Part shown: piece by piece, positions 30,907-41,489 of the stretch
Layout: every line of letters begins with the position of its first letter
How positions within the stretch are numbered: the stretch's first letter is position 1
Assembly: GCA_050260455.1 (NCBI GenBank)
Contig: JBLNCF010000012.1
Span: 58,236 to 122,235, forward strand
Origin: Bacillota bacterium
GTDB taxonomy: Bacteria > Patescibacteriota > Minisyncoccia > Phycocordibacterales > Phycocordibacteraceae
Reading direction: 5' to 3'
Length of the DNA stretch: 64,000 bases
Translations under genes and position numbers: made by a program
The notes under the pieces: model-generated
The model's input: only the letters and a program-made list of their open reading frames with translations
The model's database searches: none
Told to the model about the DNA's origin: nothing

Positions 30907-32694
30907 ATGGAAATACGGAATATCGCCATCATCGCCCACGTGGACCACGGCAAAACCACCCTTACTGACGCCCTCATGCGCCAGACCGGTGCGGTGCAGG
31001 AAGGCGTCTCCATGGACTCCAATACGCTTGAGCAGGAGCGCGGTATCACTATCTATTCGAAGAACACCTCCATCGAGTACAAGGGTACGAAGATCAACAT
31101 CGTGGACACACCGGGTCACGCCGACTTCGGCTCTGAAGTGGAGCGTGTGCTTCGTTCCATCGACTCGGTGCTTCTCGTCGTTGATGCGCAGGAAGGTCCG
31201 ATGCCGCAGACCCGCTTCGTGCTCAAGAAGTCGCTAGAGCTTGGATTGAAACCTATTGTGGTCCTGAACAAGATTGATAAGCCGGCAGCGAATCCTGCAC
31301 AGGCAGAGGAGCAGGTGCTTGAACTCTTCTGGGAACTCGGTGCAAGCGATGAGCAGTCTGACTTCCGTACGGTGTACGCTATCGGTCGCGAGGGTGTTGC
31401 CATGAAGAACCTTGAAGACGAGCGTACGGACCTTACGCCGCTTCTCGATACCATTCTTGAACTCGTTCCTCCTGCGTCCACGCCGGAAGCAGTGGAGAAA
31501 CCTGCGAAACTCCAGGCATTTAATCTCGCGTACGACAACTTCCTTGGCCGCCTCGCCATCTGCCGCGTATACGAAGGTGTCATCAAGGGGACTGACAACG
31601 TGACGGTGAAAAAACCGACTGGCGAAGCACGCACGGGCAAGCTCACCAAGGTCTTTACCTTCAAAGGGCTTGAACGTGTTGACGTACCTGAAGCCCAGGC
31701 GGGCGACATTGTTATCATTGCTGGTCTCCCCGACATCTTCATTGGCGAAACGATTACGACTGATCCGAATGCCGAGGCGCTTCCGGCCATCGCTATTGAT
31801 GAGCCGACCATTACGCTCTCGTTTCTGGTCAACAACTCTCCGTTTGCTGGTAAGGAAGGGAAGTACGTCACTTCACGCCAGCTCCGTGAGTATCTTGAAC
31901 GCGAGCTTGAAGTGAACGTGGGCCTTAAGGTGGACTTTGTTGCACCGGATAATTTCCAGGTCTCCGGCCGTGGTGAGCTTCACATTGCGATTCTTCTTGA
32001 GAATATGCGCCGTGCAGGATACGAAATGCAGGTCTCGCAGCCGCAGGTCATCATTCACGACAACAATGGCGTGAAGGAGGAACCGTTTGAAGAAGTCATT
32101 ATTGATACGCCGTCCGAGTTCCAGGGTGCCATCATCGAGAAGCTTGGTCAGCGCGGTTTTGTGCTTCAGAACATGCTGCAGCACGACACGCAGGTGCGCC
32201 TTACGCTTGAAGGTCCGACGCGCGGACTCCTCGGCTACCGCAACCAGTTTGTAATCGACACTAAGGGTGAGGGCATCCTCTCTTCACGTGTTATCGGCTT
32301 CAAGCCATTTGCCGGTGAAATTAAGAAGCGCCAGGTAGGCTCGATGATCTCGATGGCGGCTGGCAAAGCGCTCGGCTACGCCCTCTGGGGTCTTCAGGAA
32401 CGCGGCACACTCTACATGGGTCCAGGTGTGGATGTCTACGAGGGTCAGGTTATCGGCAATACCTCGAAGGGTGAAGAGATGATCGTGAATCCCACCAAGG
32501 GTAAGAACCTTACCAACGTGCGTTCGTCTGGCAACGATGAGGCTATCAATCTCTTTCCGCCGTATACGCTTTCTATCGAGCGTGGTCTTGAAGTGATGGC
32601 GGAGGACGAGTATCTCGAAATCACTCCTTCTTCGGTTCGTTTGCGCAAGCAGTATCTGACCGAGACCGATCGCGCAAAGGCTCGTCGCGCGTAG
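30907..32694 (+). CDS. typA: Translational GTPase TypA/BipA
   Basis: [28 protein letters not shown] and GRGELH. Confidence 0.97.
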   Translation: MEIRNIAIIAHVDHGKTTLTDALMRQTGAVQEGVSMDSNTLEQERGITIYSKNTSIEYKGTKINIVDTPGHADFGSEVERVLRSIDSVLLVVDAQEGPMPQTRFVLKKSLELGLKPIVVLNKIDKPAANPAQAEEQVLELFWELGASDEQSDFRTVYAIGREGVAMKNLEDERTDLTPLLDTILELVPPASTPEAVEKPAKLQAFNLAYDNFLGRLAICRVYEGVIKGTDNVTVKKPTGEARTGKLTKVFTFKGLERVDVPEAQAGDIVIIAGLPDIFIGETITTDPNAEALPAIAIDEPTITLSFLVNNSPFAGKEGKYVTSRQLREYLERELEVNVGLKVDFVAPDNFQVSGRGELHIAILLENMRRAGYEMQVSQPQVIIHDNNGVKEEPFEEVIIDTPSEFQGAIIEKLGQRGFVLQNMLQHDTQVRLTLEGPTRGLLGYRNQFVIDTKGEGILSSRVIGFKPFAGEIKKRQVGSMISMAAGKALGYALWGLQERGTLYMGPGVDVYEGQVIGNTSKGEEMIVNPTKGKNLTNVRSSGNDEAINLFPPYTLSIERGLEVMAEDEYLEITPSSVRLRKQYLTETDRAKARRA

Positions 32695-32722
32695 TTGCCA
32701 CAATTATAAATACGTGTTTCTA

Positions 32723-32757
32723 TGCGGCGGGGCCTCGAACGAGGCTTTGCTGTTTTC
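32723..32757 (+). terminator. Probable terminator after typA
   Basis: GCGGCGGGGCCTCG-aa-CGAGGCTTTGCTGT followed by TTT. Confidence 0.55.
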
Positions 32758-32782
32758 AACTGGTCACGAGGGAGATGACCGA

Positions 32783-33982
32783 ATGTCGACCGAAGGATAT
32801 ATAGTTCAACTCGAGGCGCTCGCCAAACGTCTTGGGAAGCAGTTTCCGCTCCGAGAAGACGAACTCGGCGTGCAGGCCATCAATTTTCCCGCGCTCGACA
32901 AACTGGTCATCGAAGCGACGGCTAATAATCTAGGTTCTCGGCTCTTCGCTGAGAGCCTCGCCTTTGAACCGCTTGAGGCTGGCGTACAGCAGCAAGTCAT
33001 GGTCACTGATACCGTGATCGCTACGGCGCGGGCATACTTCTGTCAGTATTGGGATGATGAACCTCTTTCGGGCAAGCATCCCTTCATCGATGCGCTCAAA
33101 CGGGCCCATGCGGCAAAAAGCGCGTTCTACCTCGTTGTGAAAGAAGGGAAGAAAAAACCGATGTTCGACGGACTTGAAGAAACGATCAATAGGGCGTGGG
33201 AGGATCGGGGCTCCATCTCGGTCGAGACCAGGGGTCAGGCCCGCGATGCCGTTCATGCTGTGCTTGAACTTCTCGATTCAGGTGCCCTTCGGGTCGCCGA
33301 GAAGGGAAAAGACGGCTGGGTGGTCAATCAATGGGCCAAAAAGGCAGTGCTGCTTTCTTTCCGCCTCAATCCGAACGCTCTCATCGTGCCGGCCACCAGT
33401 GGGGCGTGGTACGACAAAGTGCCGGGAAAATTCGAGAGCTGGACTGGAAAGCAATTCGCGTCTGCCGGCATTCGCGCGGTGCCAGGCTCGATTGCTCGTC
33501 GCGGTGCGTTCATTGGCAAGGGTGTGGTGCTCATGCCCTCCTTCGTCAACATTGGTGCGTACGTCGATGAGAATGCGATGGTGGATTCCTGGGCGACCGT
33601 CGGTTCTTGTGCTCAGATCGGCAAGAACGTCCACCTCTCCGGCGGTGTCGGTATCGGTGGCGTTCTCGAACCGCTCCAGGCCAACCCGACCATCATCGAG
33701 GATGATTGCTTTATTGGCGCTCGTTCCGAAGTGGTGGAAGGGGTCATTGTCGGCCAAGGTTCGGTGCTCTCGATGGGTGTCTTCATCGGCGAATCGACCA
33801 AGATCTACAACCGGGAGACGCGCGAAATCATCTATGGACATGTACCTCCATACTCGGTGGTGGTCCCCGGATCGCTGCCGGCGGCTGACGGTACTCACTC
33901 GCTATACTGCGCCGTCATCGTGAAGACGGTGGATGCTCAGACTCGGGCCAAGACCAGCATCAACGAACTTCTGCGCGGCTAA
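32783..33982 (+). CDS. dapD: Tetrahydrodipicolinate N-succinyltransferase with an unknown ~126-aa N-terminal extension (DapD proper starts at ATG 33161)
   Basis: [41 protein letters not shown] and KTSINELLR; SD GGGAG; terminator at about 34004-34040. Confidence 0.9.
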   Translation: MSTEGYIVQLEALAKRLGKQFPLREDELGVQAINFPALDKLVIEATANNLGSRLFAESLAFEPLEAGVQQQVMVTDTVIATARAYFCQYWDDEPLSGKHPFIDALKRAHAAKSAFYLVVKEGKKKPMFDGLEETINRAWEDRGSISVETRGQARDAVHAVLELLDSGALRVAEKGKDGWVVNQWAKKAVLLSFRLNPNALIVPATSGAWYDKVPGKFESWTGKQFASAGIRAVPGSIARRGAFIGKGVVLMPSFVNIGAYVDENAMVDSWATVGSCAQIGKNVHLSGGVGIGGVLEPLQANPTIIEDDCFIGARSEVVEGVIVGQGSVLSMGVFIGESTKIYNRETREIIYGHVPPYSVVVPGSLPAADGTHSLYCAVIVKTVDAQTRAKTSINELLRG

Positions 33983-34126
33983 CGCTCGCGTCGGACTACA
34001 ACTTGGGCGCTTCCTCTCTGGGGAAGCGCCTTCATCTTTTCTTTGGATGCGATGTACTACAAATGCTAATCCGAGACCCTCTCGTACGTCTCGCGTGAGC
34101 CACTTAATCGGCTAACTCCTCACCCT

Positions 34127-34279
34127 ATGCTCGTAACTATCGCCGTCATTCTCCTCGTCCTCTGGGCCTTGGGCCTCGTGACGTCCTATACCATTGGAGG
34201 ATTCATCCATCTCCTTCTTGTTGCCGCGATCATCCTCGTCCTCATTCGTCTTATCCAGGGACGGAGCCCGGTCGCGTAG
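34127..34279 (+). CDS. lmo0937/DUF5670-family small membrane protein (missing from the ORF track)
   Basis: MLVTIAVILLVLWALGLVTSYTIGGFIHLLLVAAIILVLIRLIQGRSPVA. Confidence 0.85.
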   Translation: MLVTIAVILLVLWALGLVTSYTIGGFIHLLLVAAIILVLIRLIQGRSPVA

Positions 34280-34558
34280 GGAAGGATAATATCGTGCCGG
34301 CTTCTGCACGGCGTGCAGCGCAAGTCTCAGCGAGCGGGACGTGCGCTGCACGCTAGGGCAGAAGCCTTGAATAAGCGCCATGCGCGTGGTATACTCCCGG
34401 TACAACAGTGCTCCAAGTTTACTGTCTTGAGGACTCCATTTTGTCGGTAGTCGGCTCGAGACCAGGAAGGACTCTTCCACCTGAAACTCTCGAGGACCGT
34501 TGTGCTTATCCGATTTCGGCCTGTATTTACATACGGTTCCGACAAGACAATTACTTAC

Positions 34559-35947
34559 ATGCAGCAATTCAAGAACAGGGGCGGTGGCGCAGTGCGTTCA
34601 CGTCCCGCTAAGTCCGGCGCACGGCGTGCCGCTCCTTCGAGTGCGTACGAGGCGGGTATGAAGTTCGCCCAGGAGCTCGGTATGACGCCGACCCTCAATT
34701 ATGTTCCTCGTCGCGAAGCGCCTCGCGGCCGTCCCAATCGCGGTGGTTCCGGGGGTGGGCGCTCACGTACGGGGAGTTCTCGCGGTCGCAACGATTCTTC
34801 GCGCGGAGGCGGTAAACGCAATGCGCAGGAGATGGCCGTTGACCTCTCGAAGCTCATCAACAAAGCAGCACCGATGGAAGCGGAAGCTCCCTATGTGCCG
34901 CAGCACTCATTCAACGACTTTAAGATTGACGAGCGACTGAAGGCTAACATCGCCGCGAAGGGATATCTCACCCCGACTCCCATCCAAGATCAGTCCATCC
35001 CGCATGTGCTTAAGGGTGAGGACATTGTGGGACTCGCAAACACCGGTACCGGCAAGACCGCATCCTTCCTCATTCCGCTCATCGACAAGGTGATCAAGTT
35101 CCGCACCCTCGGCAAGAATGAGCGCGTGCTCATCATGGTGCCTACGCGCGAACTCGCACTCCAGATCGAGCAGGAGTTCTTCGGCTTTGCCAAGGGGCTC
35201 GGACTCGCAAGCGTCACCTGTGTTGGTGGTGCAAATATTGTGCCGCAGATTCGTGTACTCCGTCGCAATCCTGCCTTCGTCATCGGTACGCCGGGACGTC
35301 TGAAGGATCTTATGGAACGCAAGGATCTCGACCTCTCCGATTTCGCTACCGTCGTGCTCGACGAGGCGGACCGCATGCTCGACATGGGATTCATTGGCGA
35401 TATGCGCTACATCCTTTCCTGCATGCAGGAGAAGCGCCACACGCTTTTCTTCTCGGCCACTATGGATAAAGAGATTGAGAAACTCATCGGTGATTTCCTC
35501 ACCAATCCGGCTCGTGTGTCCGTGAAGACGCGTGATACCGCAGCGACTATCGACCAGGATGTTGTGTACGTTACACGCGACAACAAGTTCGATGTGCTTG
35601 TAGACCTTCTTACGGGTCCGGACATGGACAAGGTTCTCGTCTTCGGCCGCACGAAGCATGGCGTCGAGCGTCTCACTCGTGACCTCAATCGTCGCGGAGT
35701 GAAGGCTGATTCTATCCATGGCGATAAAACGCATGGTCGCCGCCAGAAGGCACTTGGTCTCTTCAAGCAGAATCATATCCAAGTGCTAGTTGCGACTGAC
35801 GTGGCTGCTCGCGGTCTCGATATCTCGGGTGTCTCGCATGTCATCAACTATGATCTGCCCGCGACGTATGAGGACTATACGCACCGCATCGGCCGCACCG
35901 GCCGTGCCGGGAAGACGGGCCAGGCCCTCACGTTCGTAAGCCAATAA
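34559..35947 (+). CDS. DEAD-box RNA helicase (RhlE/CshA-like) with an Arg/Gly-rich N-terminal tail
   Basis: PTPIQ, TGTGKT, PTRELA, TPGR, DEAD, SAT and HRIGRTGR. Confidence 0.95.
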   Translation: MQQFKNRGGGAVRSRPAKSGARRAAPSSAYEAGMKFAQELGMTPTLNYVPRREAPRGRPNRGGSGGGRSRTGSSRGRNDSSRGGGKRNAQEMAVDLSKLINKAAPMEAEAPYVPQHSFNDFKIDERLKANIAAKGYLTPTPIQDQSIPHVLKGEDIVGLANTGTGKTASFLIPLIDKVIKFRTLGKNERVLIMVPTRELALQIEQEFFGFAKGLGLASVTCVGGANIVPQIRVLRRNPAFVIGTPGRLKDLMERKDLDLSDFATVVLDEADRMLDMGFIGDMRYILSCMQEKRHTLFFSATMDKEIEKLIGDFLTNPARVSVKTRDTAATIDQDVVYVTRDNKFDVLVDLLTGPDMDKVLVFGRTKHGVERLTRDLNRRGVKADSIHGDKTHGRRQKALGLFKQNHIQVLVATDVAARGLDISGVSHVINYDLPATYEDYTHRIGRTGRAGKTGQALTFVSQ

Positions 35948-35955
35948 TCAGGCTC

Positions 35956-35996
35956 GTATAGCAGAACCCCCGCGCCTAGCGGGGGTTCTGCTATAC
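35956..35996. terminator. 18-bp perfect hairpin after the helicase
   Basis: GTATAGCAGAACCCCCGC-gccta-GCGGGGGTTCTGCTATAC. Confidence 0.7.
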
Positions 35997-36034
35997 TGCT
36001 TCGGTATTGGAATAACGGGCCTCTAACATACCGT

Positions 36035-36736
36035 ATGGATTCGAAAGCATCGTTCCTCGAGAAATATCTGACACCCATTGCTGTGCTCTTGGGTGCCGTC
36101 ATCATCGCTGCCGCATTTATCTTTGGACACCCGGGCAAGCCGGCTGGCACGAATGGACAGCAGCAGGCCACGCAGGTGGATATCAAGAAGGTAAAGACCG
36201 AAGGTGATCCCTTCATTGGTGACCCGAACGCACCGGTCACGATCGCGTTCTGGTTTGATTATCAGTGTCCGTTCTGCAAGCAGTTCGAGGAAAACGTTGC
36301 GTCACAGCTCTACGAGAACTACGTGAAGACTGGCAAGGTGAAAATCGTTTTCAAGGACTTCCAGTTCCTCGGTCAGGACTCCATGACAGGGGCCGAGTTT
36401 GCGCGTGCGATGTGGGAGGCCTATCCCGACCATTTCTACGAGTGGTACCAGGCGATGTTCAATGCCCAGGATGATGAAGGTGACCAGGGCTTCGGTGACC
36501 TCGATTCCATCAAGGCACTTACCGCGAAGATCCAGGGTGTCGACGTGAATAAGGTTGTCGCGCTCATGAATCAGAAGAAGAGCCAGTACGATGCCGCCAT
36601 TGCGGCAGATCGGGACGAGGGTCAGGCTATGGGAGTCAACGGCACTCCGGCGCTTATCGTCGGCACCACGCTCCTTTCAGGTGCGCAGCCATACGCCACC
36701 GTTGCACCGCTCATTGACGCACAGCTCAAGAAATAG
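36035..36736 (+). CDS. DsbA/BdbD-like thiol-disulfide oxidoreductase
   Basis: G.PNAPVTI, DYQCPFC and GVNGTP; N-terminal TM. Confidence 0.9.
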   Translation: MDSKASFLEKYLTPIAVLLGAVIIAAAFIFGHPGKPAGTNGQQQATQVDIKKVKTEGDPFIGDPNAPVTIAFWFDYQCPFCKQFEENVASQLYENYVKTGKVKIVFKDFQFLGQDSMTGAEFARAMWEAYPDHFYEWYQAMFNAQDDEGDQGFGDLDSIKALTAKIQGVDVNKVVALMNQKKSQYDAAIAADRDEGQAMGVNGTPALIVGTTLLSGAQPYATVAPLIDAQLKK

Positions 36737-36805
36737 AATCTTCAGTGCTTTCGGAATGAAGCCATCACGCCCCGTTCACCGGGGCGTGATGTATTATCAG
36801 CGGAT

Positions 36806-37510
36806 ATGACAGACGACACCTACGTTACGCTCGCCGTGGAAGACGGATCTGAAATGCGCGCCTATGTGGCGCAGCCCTCGGTTACGCCGCGTGCCGGCAT
36901 CATCGTTATTCAGGAAGCGTTCGGGGTGAATCCCTATATTCGTAGTGTGGCGGACCGATTCGCGAGCGAGGGATATCTCGCTGTCGCACCCGAGCTCTTT
37001 CATCGCACCGCTCCTGGTTTTGAATCTGATTACGTAAATCGCGACGGTGTGGCAGAGAACATGGCGGGACTCACACTCGGAGGCCAGGAACATGATCTCC
37101 GAGCAGCCTACGAATGGCTCCGTACAGAAGGAGGTGTAGGGGAACGCATCGCGACCGTTGGATTCTGCATGGGCGGAAAGGCATCGTATCTTGCAAACGC
37201 CATCCTTCCGTTGAAGGCTGCGGTGTCCTACTACGGCGGGGGTATTGCACCTGACCTTCTCGATCGTGCCGTGAACCTGAATGCTCCCATGCTCTTCTTC
37301 TGGGGAGGGAAGGACGCACACATTCCGCGCGAGCTCTGGAGTCAAATTCCAGAAGCAATGGAGCAGGCAGGAAAATCCCACATCACGGTGGAGATGGGGG
37401 ACGCCGGTCATGGCTTCTTCTGCGATCAGCGCGATAGCTACGACCCAGCAGCCAGTGCGCTTGCGTGGCCCCTCACACTCCAATTCCTCGACCAAAAGTT
37501 ATCCTCGTAG
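36806..37510 (+). CDS. Dienelactone hydrolase family protein
   Basis: QEAFGVN, GFCMGG, D.HIP and AGHGF. Confidence 0.92.
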   Translation: MTDDTYVTLAVEDGSEMRAYVAQPSVTPRAGIIVIQEAFGVNPYIRSVADRFASEGYLAVAPELFHRTAPGFESDYVNRDGVAENMAGLTLGGQEHDLRAAYEWLRTEGGVGERIATVGFCMGGKASYLANAILPLKAAVSYYGGGIAPDLLDRAVNLNAPMLFFWGGKDAHIPRELWSQIPEAMEQAGKSHITVEMGDAGHGFFCDQRDSYDPAASALAWPLTLQFLDQKLSS

Positions 37511-37559
37511 CGCAGTTGGTTGACTTTTGCATTTCGTACGGCCTGGTACACTTACCGGT

Positions 37560-38045
37560 ATGGACGGATACACCACCTGGAAGTCGACCGTAAGTTGGAC
37601 GCGGGGCATTCCGCACTACTACGGGGATCATGTGCGGTTCCTCTTTATTAGTATGGCCGTGCTCTCGTTCGTCGTTATGCCGCTCTGGGGCGATCTGTTA
37701 CCGTTCGGGATATTCGCGCAAGTAGGAGCATCGCTCCTCCTCGTGCTGCTTGCTGGTCTTACCAATCCACGCAATTTCTACGTGATGCTTACCAATGCGA
37801 CGATTTCCGCCGTATCGGTACTGCTTCTTGAGACGTTCGCCATCGCACTCCGACAGTCTCAGTCGATAGAGCTTTTCATTGCTCGAGAGGCGGGGGTGCT
37901 GCTTATGCTTGCATCACTCTACTTCAGCGTGAAAACCGTGCGATCCATGATGAGTGGCAAGCTGGGTCACGCTGATACACCACTCGAATTTGATGAGATG
38001 GCGGAACCTGTCGTACCGCCGACCTACGATTCAGACGCAAAGTAG
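37560..38045 (+). CDS. Hypothetical 4-TM membrane protein
   Basis: Hydrophobic ORF; TACACT-N7-ATG start. Confidence 0.7.
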   Translation: MDGYTTWKSTVSWTRGIPHYYGDHVRFLFISMAVLSFVVMPLWGDLLPFGIFAQVGASLLLVLLAGLTNPRNFYVMLTNATISAVSVLLLETFAIALRQSQSIELFIAREAGVLLMLASLYFSVKTVRSMMSGKLGHADTPLEFDEMAEPVVPPTYDSDAK

Positions 38046-38064
38046 CAGGGTGTAGAATCGAGGC

Positions 38065-39018
38065 ATGTCAGCGCGTACGCTCTCGGTCCCATTCCGGGCC
38101 CTTATGTGGGTGTACGCCATCGTACCCATTCTCTCCTTGGTCGCTGGTGCAGATCTCTTGATTGCACACGGCGCCCTCCGCTCCTTCCTCCCACGCGACC
38201 CCGAACATTTCTTCCTCTATCTACTTCTGTTCAATGTTCCGCATCATGTCGGGAGTCTGTTGTCGTTCGCGGATGCCGAGTACCTGAAGCACTATCGGCG
38301 TAGGTTACTCACCACACTCCCCCTTGTGTGGACGGCGACCGCGCTGTGTTTCTTCTTCGCTCCACTCCTCGCGCTCGTAATATTTATCGTTTACACGGAA
38401 TATCACACGCTTAATCAACAGATAGGCATCGGGGGTGCATTTATACGGACACGTCTTGCATATCTATCACTCTGGCGTTGGTCGACCGTTGCCATCATGG
38501 CACTGTTCTACGCAGCGACCACGTATCCAACACTCATACCAGCAGCGGCAGGACATGCCGCTGCTGTGTTTGGCATTGCGGTCAGTATCATGCAAGCGGG
38601 GGTGACACTCCTCTTGTACCGACAGATAGAGACCTCACACGGGAAGTCGTTTTTCCTTGCAATCAGCATGAGTCTTGCAGGCGCTGCGTGGATTATGGCG
38701 CTCGGCTACCCACTCCTCTCCGCCCTTATGACACGGTTCATACACGATGTGACAGCGTTTATGGTCTATGCGGTGCATGACCGCAACCGTAATCATGAGC
38801 GACGACACAATGTGATTTATCGTGCGCTCTCGTTCCTGCCGATCCCCGTACTTGTCCTGGTACCTCTTGTTGCGGTACTTATCGCAGCGCCTCTTACCTT
38901 CGGTCTCGCTGCTGGGAGTCTTGTGCTCATGCTCTTATTTATGACCCACTACTACGTCGAGGGCATTATTTGGCGGCGCGGCACCATCCATCGCGCCCAC
39001 CTCACATTTGCCCCGTAG
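38065..39018 (+). CDS. Multi-TM membrane protein with His motifs
   Basis: PHH..S, YH...Q..G, FIHD and HYY.E..IW. Confidence 0.7.
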   Translation: MSARTLSVPFRALMWVYAIVPILSLVAGADLLIAHGALRSFLPRDPEHFFLYLLLFNVPHHVGSLLSFADAEYLKHYRRRLLTTLPLVWTATALCFFFAPLLALVIFIVYTEYHTLNQQIGIGGAFIRTRLAYLSLWRWSTVAIMALFYAATTYPTLIPAAAGHAAAVFGIAVSIMQAGVTLLLYRQIETSHGKSFFLAISMSLAGAAWIMALGYPLLSALMTRFIHDVTAFMVYAVHDRNRNHERRHNVIYRALSFLPIPVLVLVPLVAVLIAAPLTFGLAAGSLVLMLLFMTHYYVEGIIWRRGTIHRAHLTFAP

Positions 39019-39030
39019 TACACTGGGAAC

Positions 39031-39447
39031 ATGAACATCGAATGGAATAAGGTGACGCGGTACTCGCAGATCATCGCTATCGTGCTTTTTGTAGGCGTAT
39101 TCGTACTTGGATTCTGTCTGGGTAGGGCGTATGAGTATCATGCCTTCGTAAATGCGTTGCCGGTATTCACTGCAGCTCCTACGTCACTAGGTGAGAAGCC
39201 GATTGCAGACGTTACCTATTCCTGTTCGAAGGAGAAGACCGTCCACGCTATCTATCGCAAGCAAGAAGTTGAACTTCTTTTGTCGGATGGTCGCCACCTT
39301 ACCGTGCCGCAGGCGATATCTGGTTCGGGCGCGCGCTACGCCAATGCCGACGAATCCTTTGTCTTTTGGAATAAGGGGAATACTGCCTTCATCACGGAAG
39401 GCAATGACACTACCTATGCCGACTGCACAGAAATGAACGCGCAGTAG
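39031..39447 (+). CDS. MliC/PliC lysozyme-inhibitor-like protein
   Basis: Y.C...QAISGSGARYA....VFWNKGNTA...C. Confidence 0.85.
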   Translation: MNIEWNKVTRYSQIIAIVLFVGVFVLGFCLGRAYEYHAFVNALPVFTAAPTSLGEKPIADVTYSCSKEKTVHAIYRKQEVELLLSDGRHLTVPQAISGSGARYANADESFVFWNKGNTAFITEGNDTTYADCTEMNAQ

Positions 39448-39906
39448 CTAGGGAGTGATTTCGAAGAGTACTTCGTCCGTGTGATGACCTTCGGTGAAAT
39501 CACCAAAGCGTACAAAAGAAGGCGTGATACGGAAGAAGCGCACATCGCCTCGATCGAAGCGTGCGAGGGGTGCGTAGTACTTCGCGTTCATCTGCAGATT
39601 ATGAAATAGCGTCTCGATCACCGCATCGTCAGCAGGCATGTTGGTAATGTCTTCTGCAACGCCTTCGATTTGTACGGTACGGGGTTCAGTCTCGTCTGCG
39701 ACCGTGAAGGCCACTTTCTTCGAGTATCGGAGATCATCCGCCTTGCGCGTGTTGCCGAGCGTGAGGAAGTAGATATTGAAGCGATCGTCGTTTGCGTAGT
39801 AAACGAGACGGGCACGCGGTGCGCCATCTGCCGATAGAGTGGCGAGTACACCGGTCTTCTTACTAGCGAGGAAATCAAGCGCGGCTTGCTTGGGGTCGGT
39901 AGTCAT
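39448..39906 (-). CDS. Pyridoxamine 5'-phosphate oxidase-family (split-barrel flavin) protein
   Basis: GVLATLS.DG.P.AR, YFLT...RK and VQIEG.A; TATACT-N6-ATG start. Confidence 0.82.
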   Translation of the reverse strand: MTTDPKQAALDFLASKKTGVLATLSADGAPRARLVYYANDDRFNIYFLTLGNTRKADDLRYSKKVAFTVADETEPRTVQIEGVAEDITNMPADDAVIETLFHNLQMNAKYYAPLARFDRGDVRFFRITPSFVRFGDFTEGHHTDEVLFEITP

Positions 39907-39945
39907 ATCCGCAGTATATCGCAGTGCCGATGCTAGAATGCACCC

Positions 39946-40761
39946 ATGGCTCAAAAACGCCTCCATTACTACACCCATCGTGGCCGACGAGCACATCCCA
40001 CGACCATCGCGCATCGAGTGGGGAACGGACTCATCCTCCCGCTTCTCCTCGTGGTACTTGCTGTCGCTGCAGGAACCGGAGCCTTTTTCCTACCGTCTCC
40101 CTACACCATTCCTGCGGGTATGTTGCTCGGTGCACTCGGGGCTTCTCTCCTCCGACTCTTCGGTGCTTTCTTTCTTGCGCTTCTCATAGGCATCCCCCTT
40201 GGACTTCTTGCTGAATCGAATCGGCGAATTGAATCGGCCCTCTTGCCGATTTTCGATGTACTTGAGTCCATGCCAGTGCTCGCGTTCTTTCCCGTGATCA
40301 TTCTTTTCTTCCTACATTCTGGATGGGTGGAGGGTGCTGCGCTCTTCATTATCTTTTTTTCGATGGTCTGGAATATCGCGTTCAGTACAGTCGGTGGCCT
40401 CAAAGTCGTTCCAGCTGATGTGAATTCAATAGGGAAGGTCTTTGGTCTCTCACCTTTCGCTCGGCTCACAAAGATTACCTTGCCTGCCTTGTTCCCTCCG
40501 TTGGTTACCGGCTCTATCCTTTCCTTAGCAGACGGATGGAACGTACTCATTGTCGCTGAAGCATTACACGCGTATGCGCCTGCTACATCCAGCGCTCCGG
40601 ATCTCTTTGGTATCGGGAGCATATTGGTTGCTGCGTCATCGACCGGCGATACCTCAACCCTGCTTGTGGCTATGGGTATTCTCGTGCTGGTAATCGCACT
40701 CATTAATCTGTTCGTGTGGCAGCCCTTACTCGCTCTATCCGAGCGCTACAAATTCGAATAA
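39946..40761 (+). CDS. NitT/TauT-family ABC permease
   Basis: SLLRL, LESMPVLAFFP, EAA-like loop, LPA.FP.LVTG and W..LIVAE. Confidence 0.82.
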   Translation: MAQKRLHYYTHRGRRAHPTTIAHRVGNGLILPLLLVVLAVAAGTGAFFLPSPYTIPAGMLLGALGASLLRLFGAFFLALLIGIPLGLLAESNRRIESALLPIFDVLESMPVLAFFPVIILFFLHSGWVEGAALFIIFFSMVWNIAFSTVGGLKVVPADVNSIGKVFGLSPFARLTKITLPALFPPLVTGSILSLADGWNVLIVAEALHAYAPATSSAPDLFGIGSILVAASSTGDTSTLLVAMGILVLVIALINLFVWQPLLALSERYKFE

Positions 40762-40767
40762 GGATAT

Positions 40768-41487
40768 ATGGAGCACGCCCCCATTGTTTCGTTTAAGAAT
40801 GTACGCTTCGCGTACGATCCTGCACTTCCTGAAGTGGTGCACGACGTTTCATTCGATCTAGGTCGGGGCTCGTTCACAGTGATTGTGGGACCTTCTGGGT
40901 CGGGGAAGTCTACGCTCCTGCGGCTTGCGATCGGTCTTGATCAGCCTACACACGGTACCGTTTCGCGAAATGCCCGCGCGCGCATGATATTTCAGTCTGG
41001 CGCCCTCTTGCCGTGGGCGACGGTACTTGAAAATGTATGTATCGGATTCACCGGGCTTTCCGTTCCCCAGATGGAACAGAAGAAACGCGCTCTGAATGCA
41101 CTCGCAGAACTTGGCATCCATGAGCTAGTGAACGCATATCCTCGTTCTCTTTCCGGTGGACAACGCCAGCGCGTGGGTATTGCTCGCGCGCTTGTATCGG
41201 AACCAGAACTTATGCTGCTCGACGAACCCTTCTCTGCACTCGACATTGAAACTGCCGACAAGCTGGCTTCCGAGCTACTGGCCATTCAAGCCCGCACAGC
41301 TATGACCATGCTCATGGTGTCGCACAGTATCGAAGACGCAGTTGTTCTTGCCGATTCCATTCTTGTATTTAAAGGAGGTGTTATTGCACACACAGTACCG
41401 ATCTCGCTGCCTAAGCCGCGTACTCGTGATGATGTGGAGGTGCTTTCGTTGGTGAAAGAAGTAAAAGGTCTTTTACCCGGTGAATAA
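40768..41487 (+). CDS. NitT/TauT-family ABC ATPase
   Basis: GPSGSGKST, LLPW.TV, LSGGQRQR and DEPFSALD. Confidence 0.9.
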   Translation: MEHAPIVSFKNVRFAYDPALPEVVHDVSFDLGRGSFTVIVGPSGSGKSTLLRLAIGLDQPTHGTVSRNARARMIFQSGALLPWATVLENVCIGFTGLSVPQMEQKKRALNALAELGIHELVNAYPRSLSGGQRQRVGIARALVSEPELMLLDEPFSALDIETADKLASELLAIQARTAMTMLMVSHSIEDAVVLADSILVFKGGVIAHTVPISLPKPRTRDDVEVLSLVKEVKGLLPGE

Positions 41488-41489
41488 CT

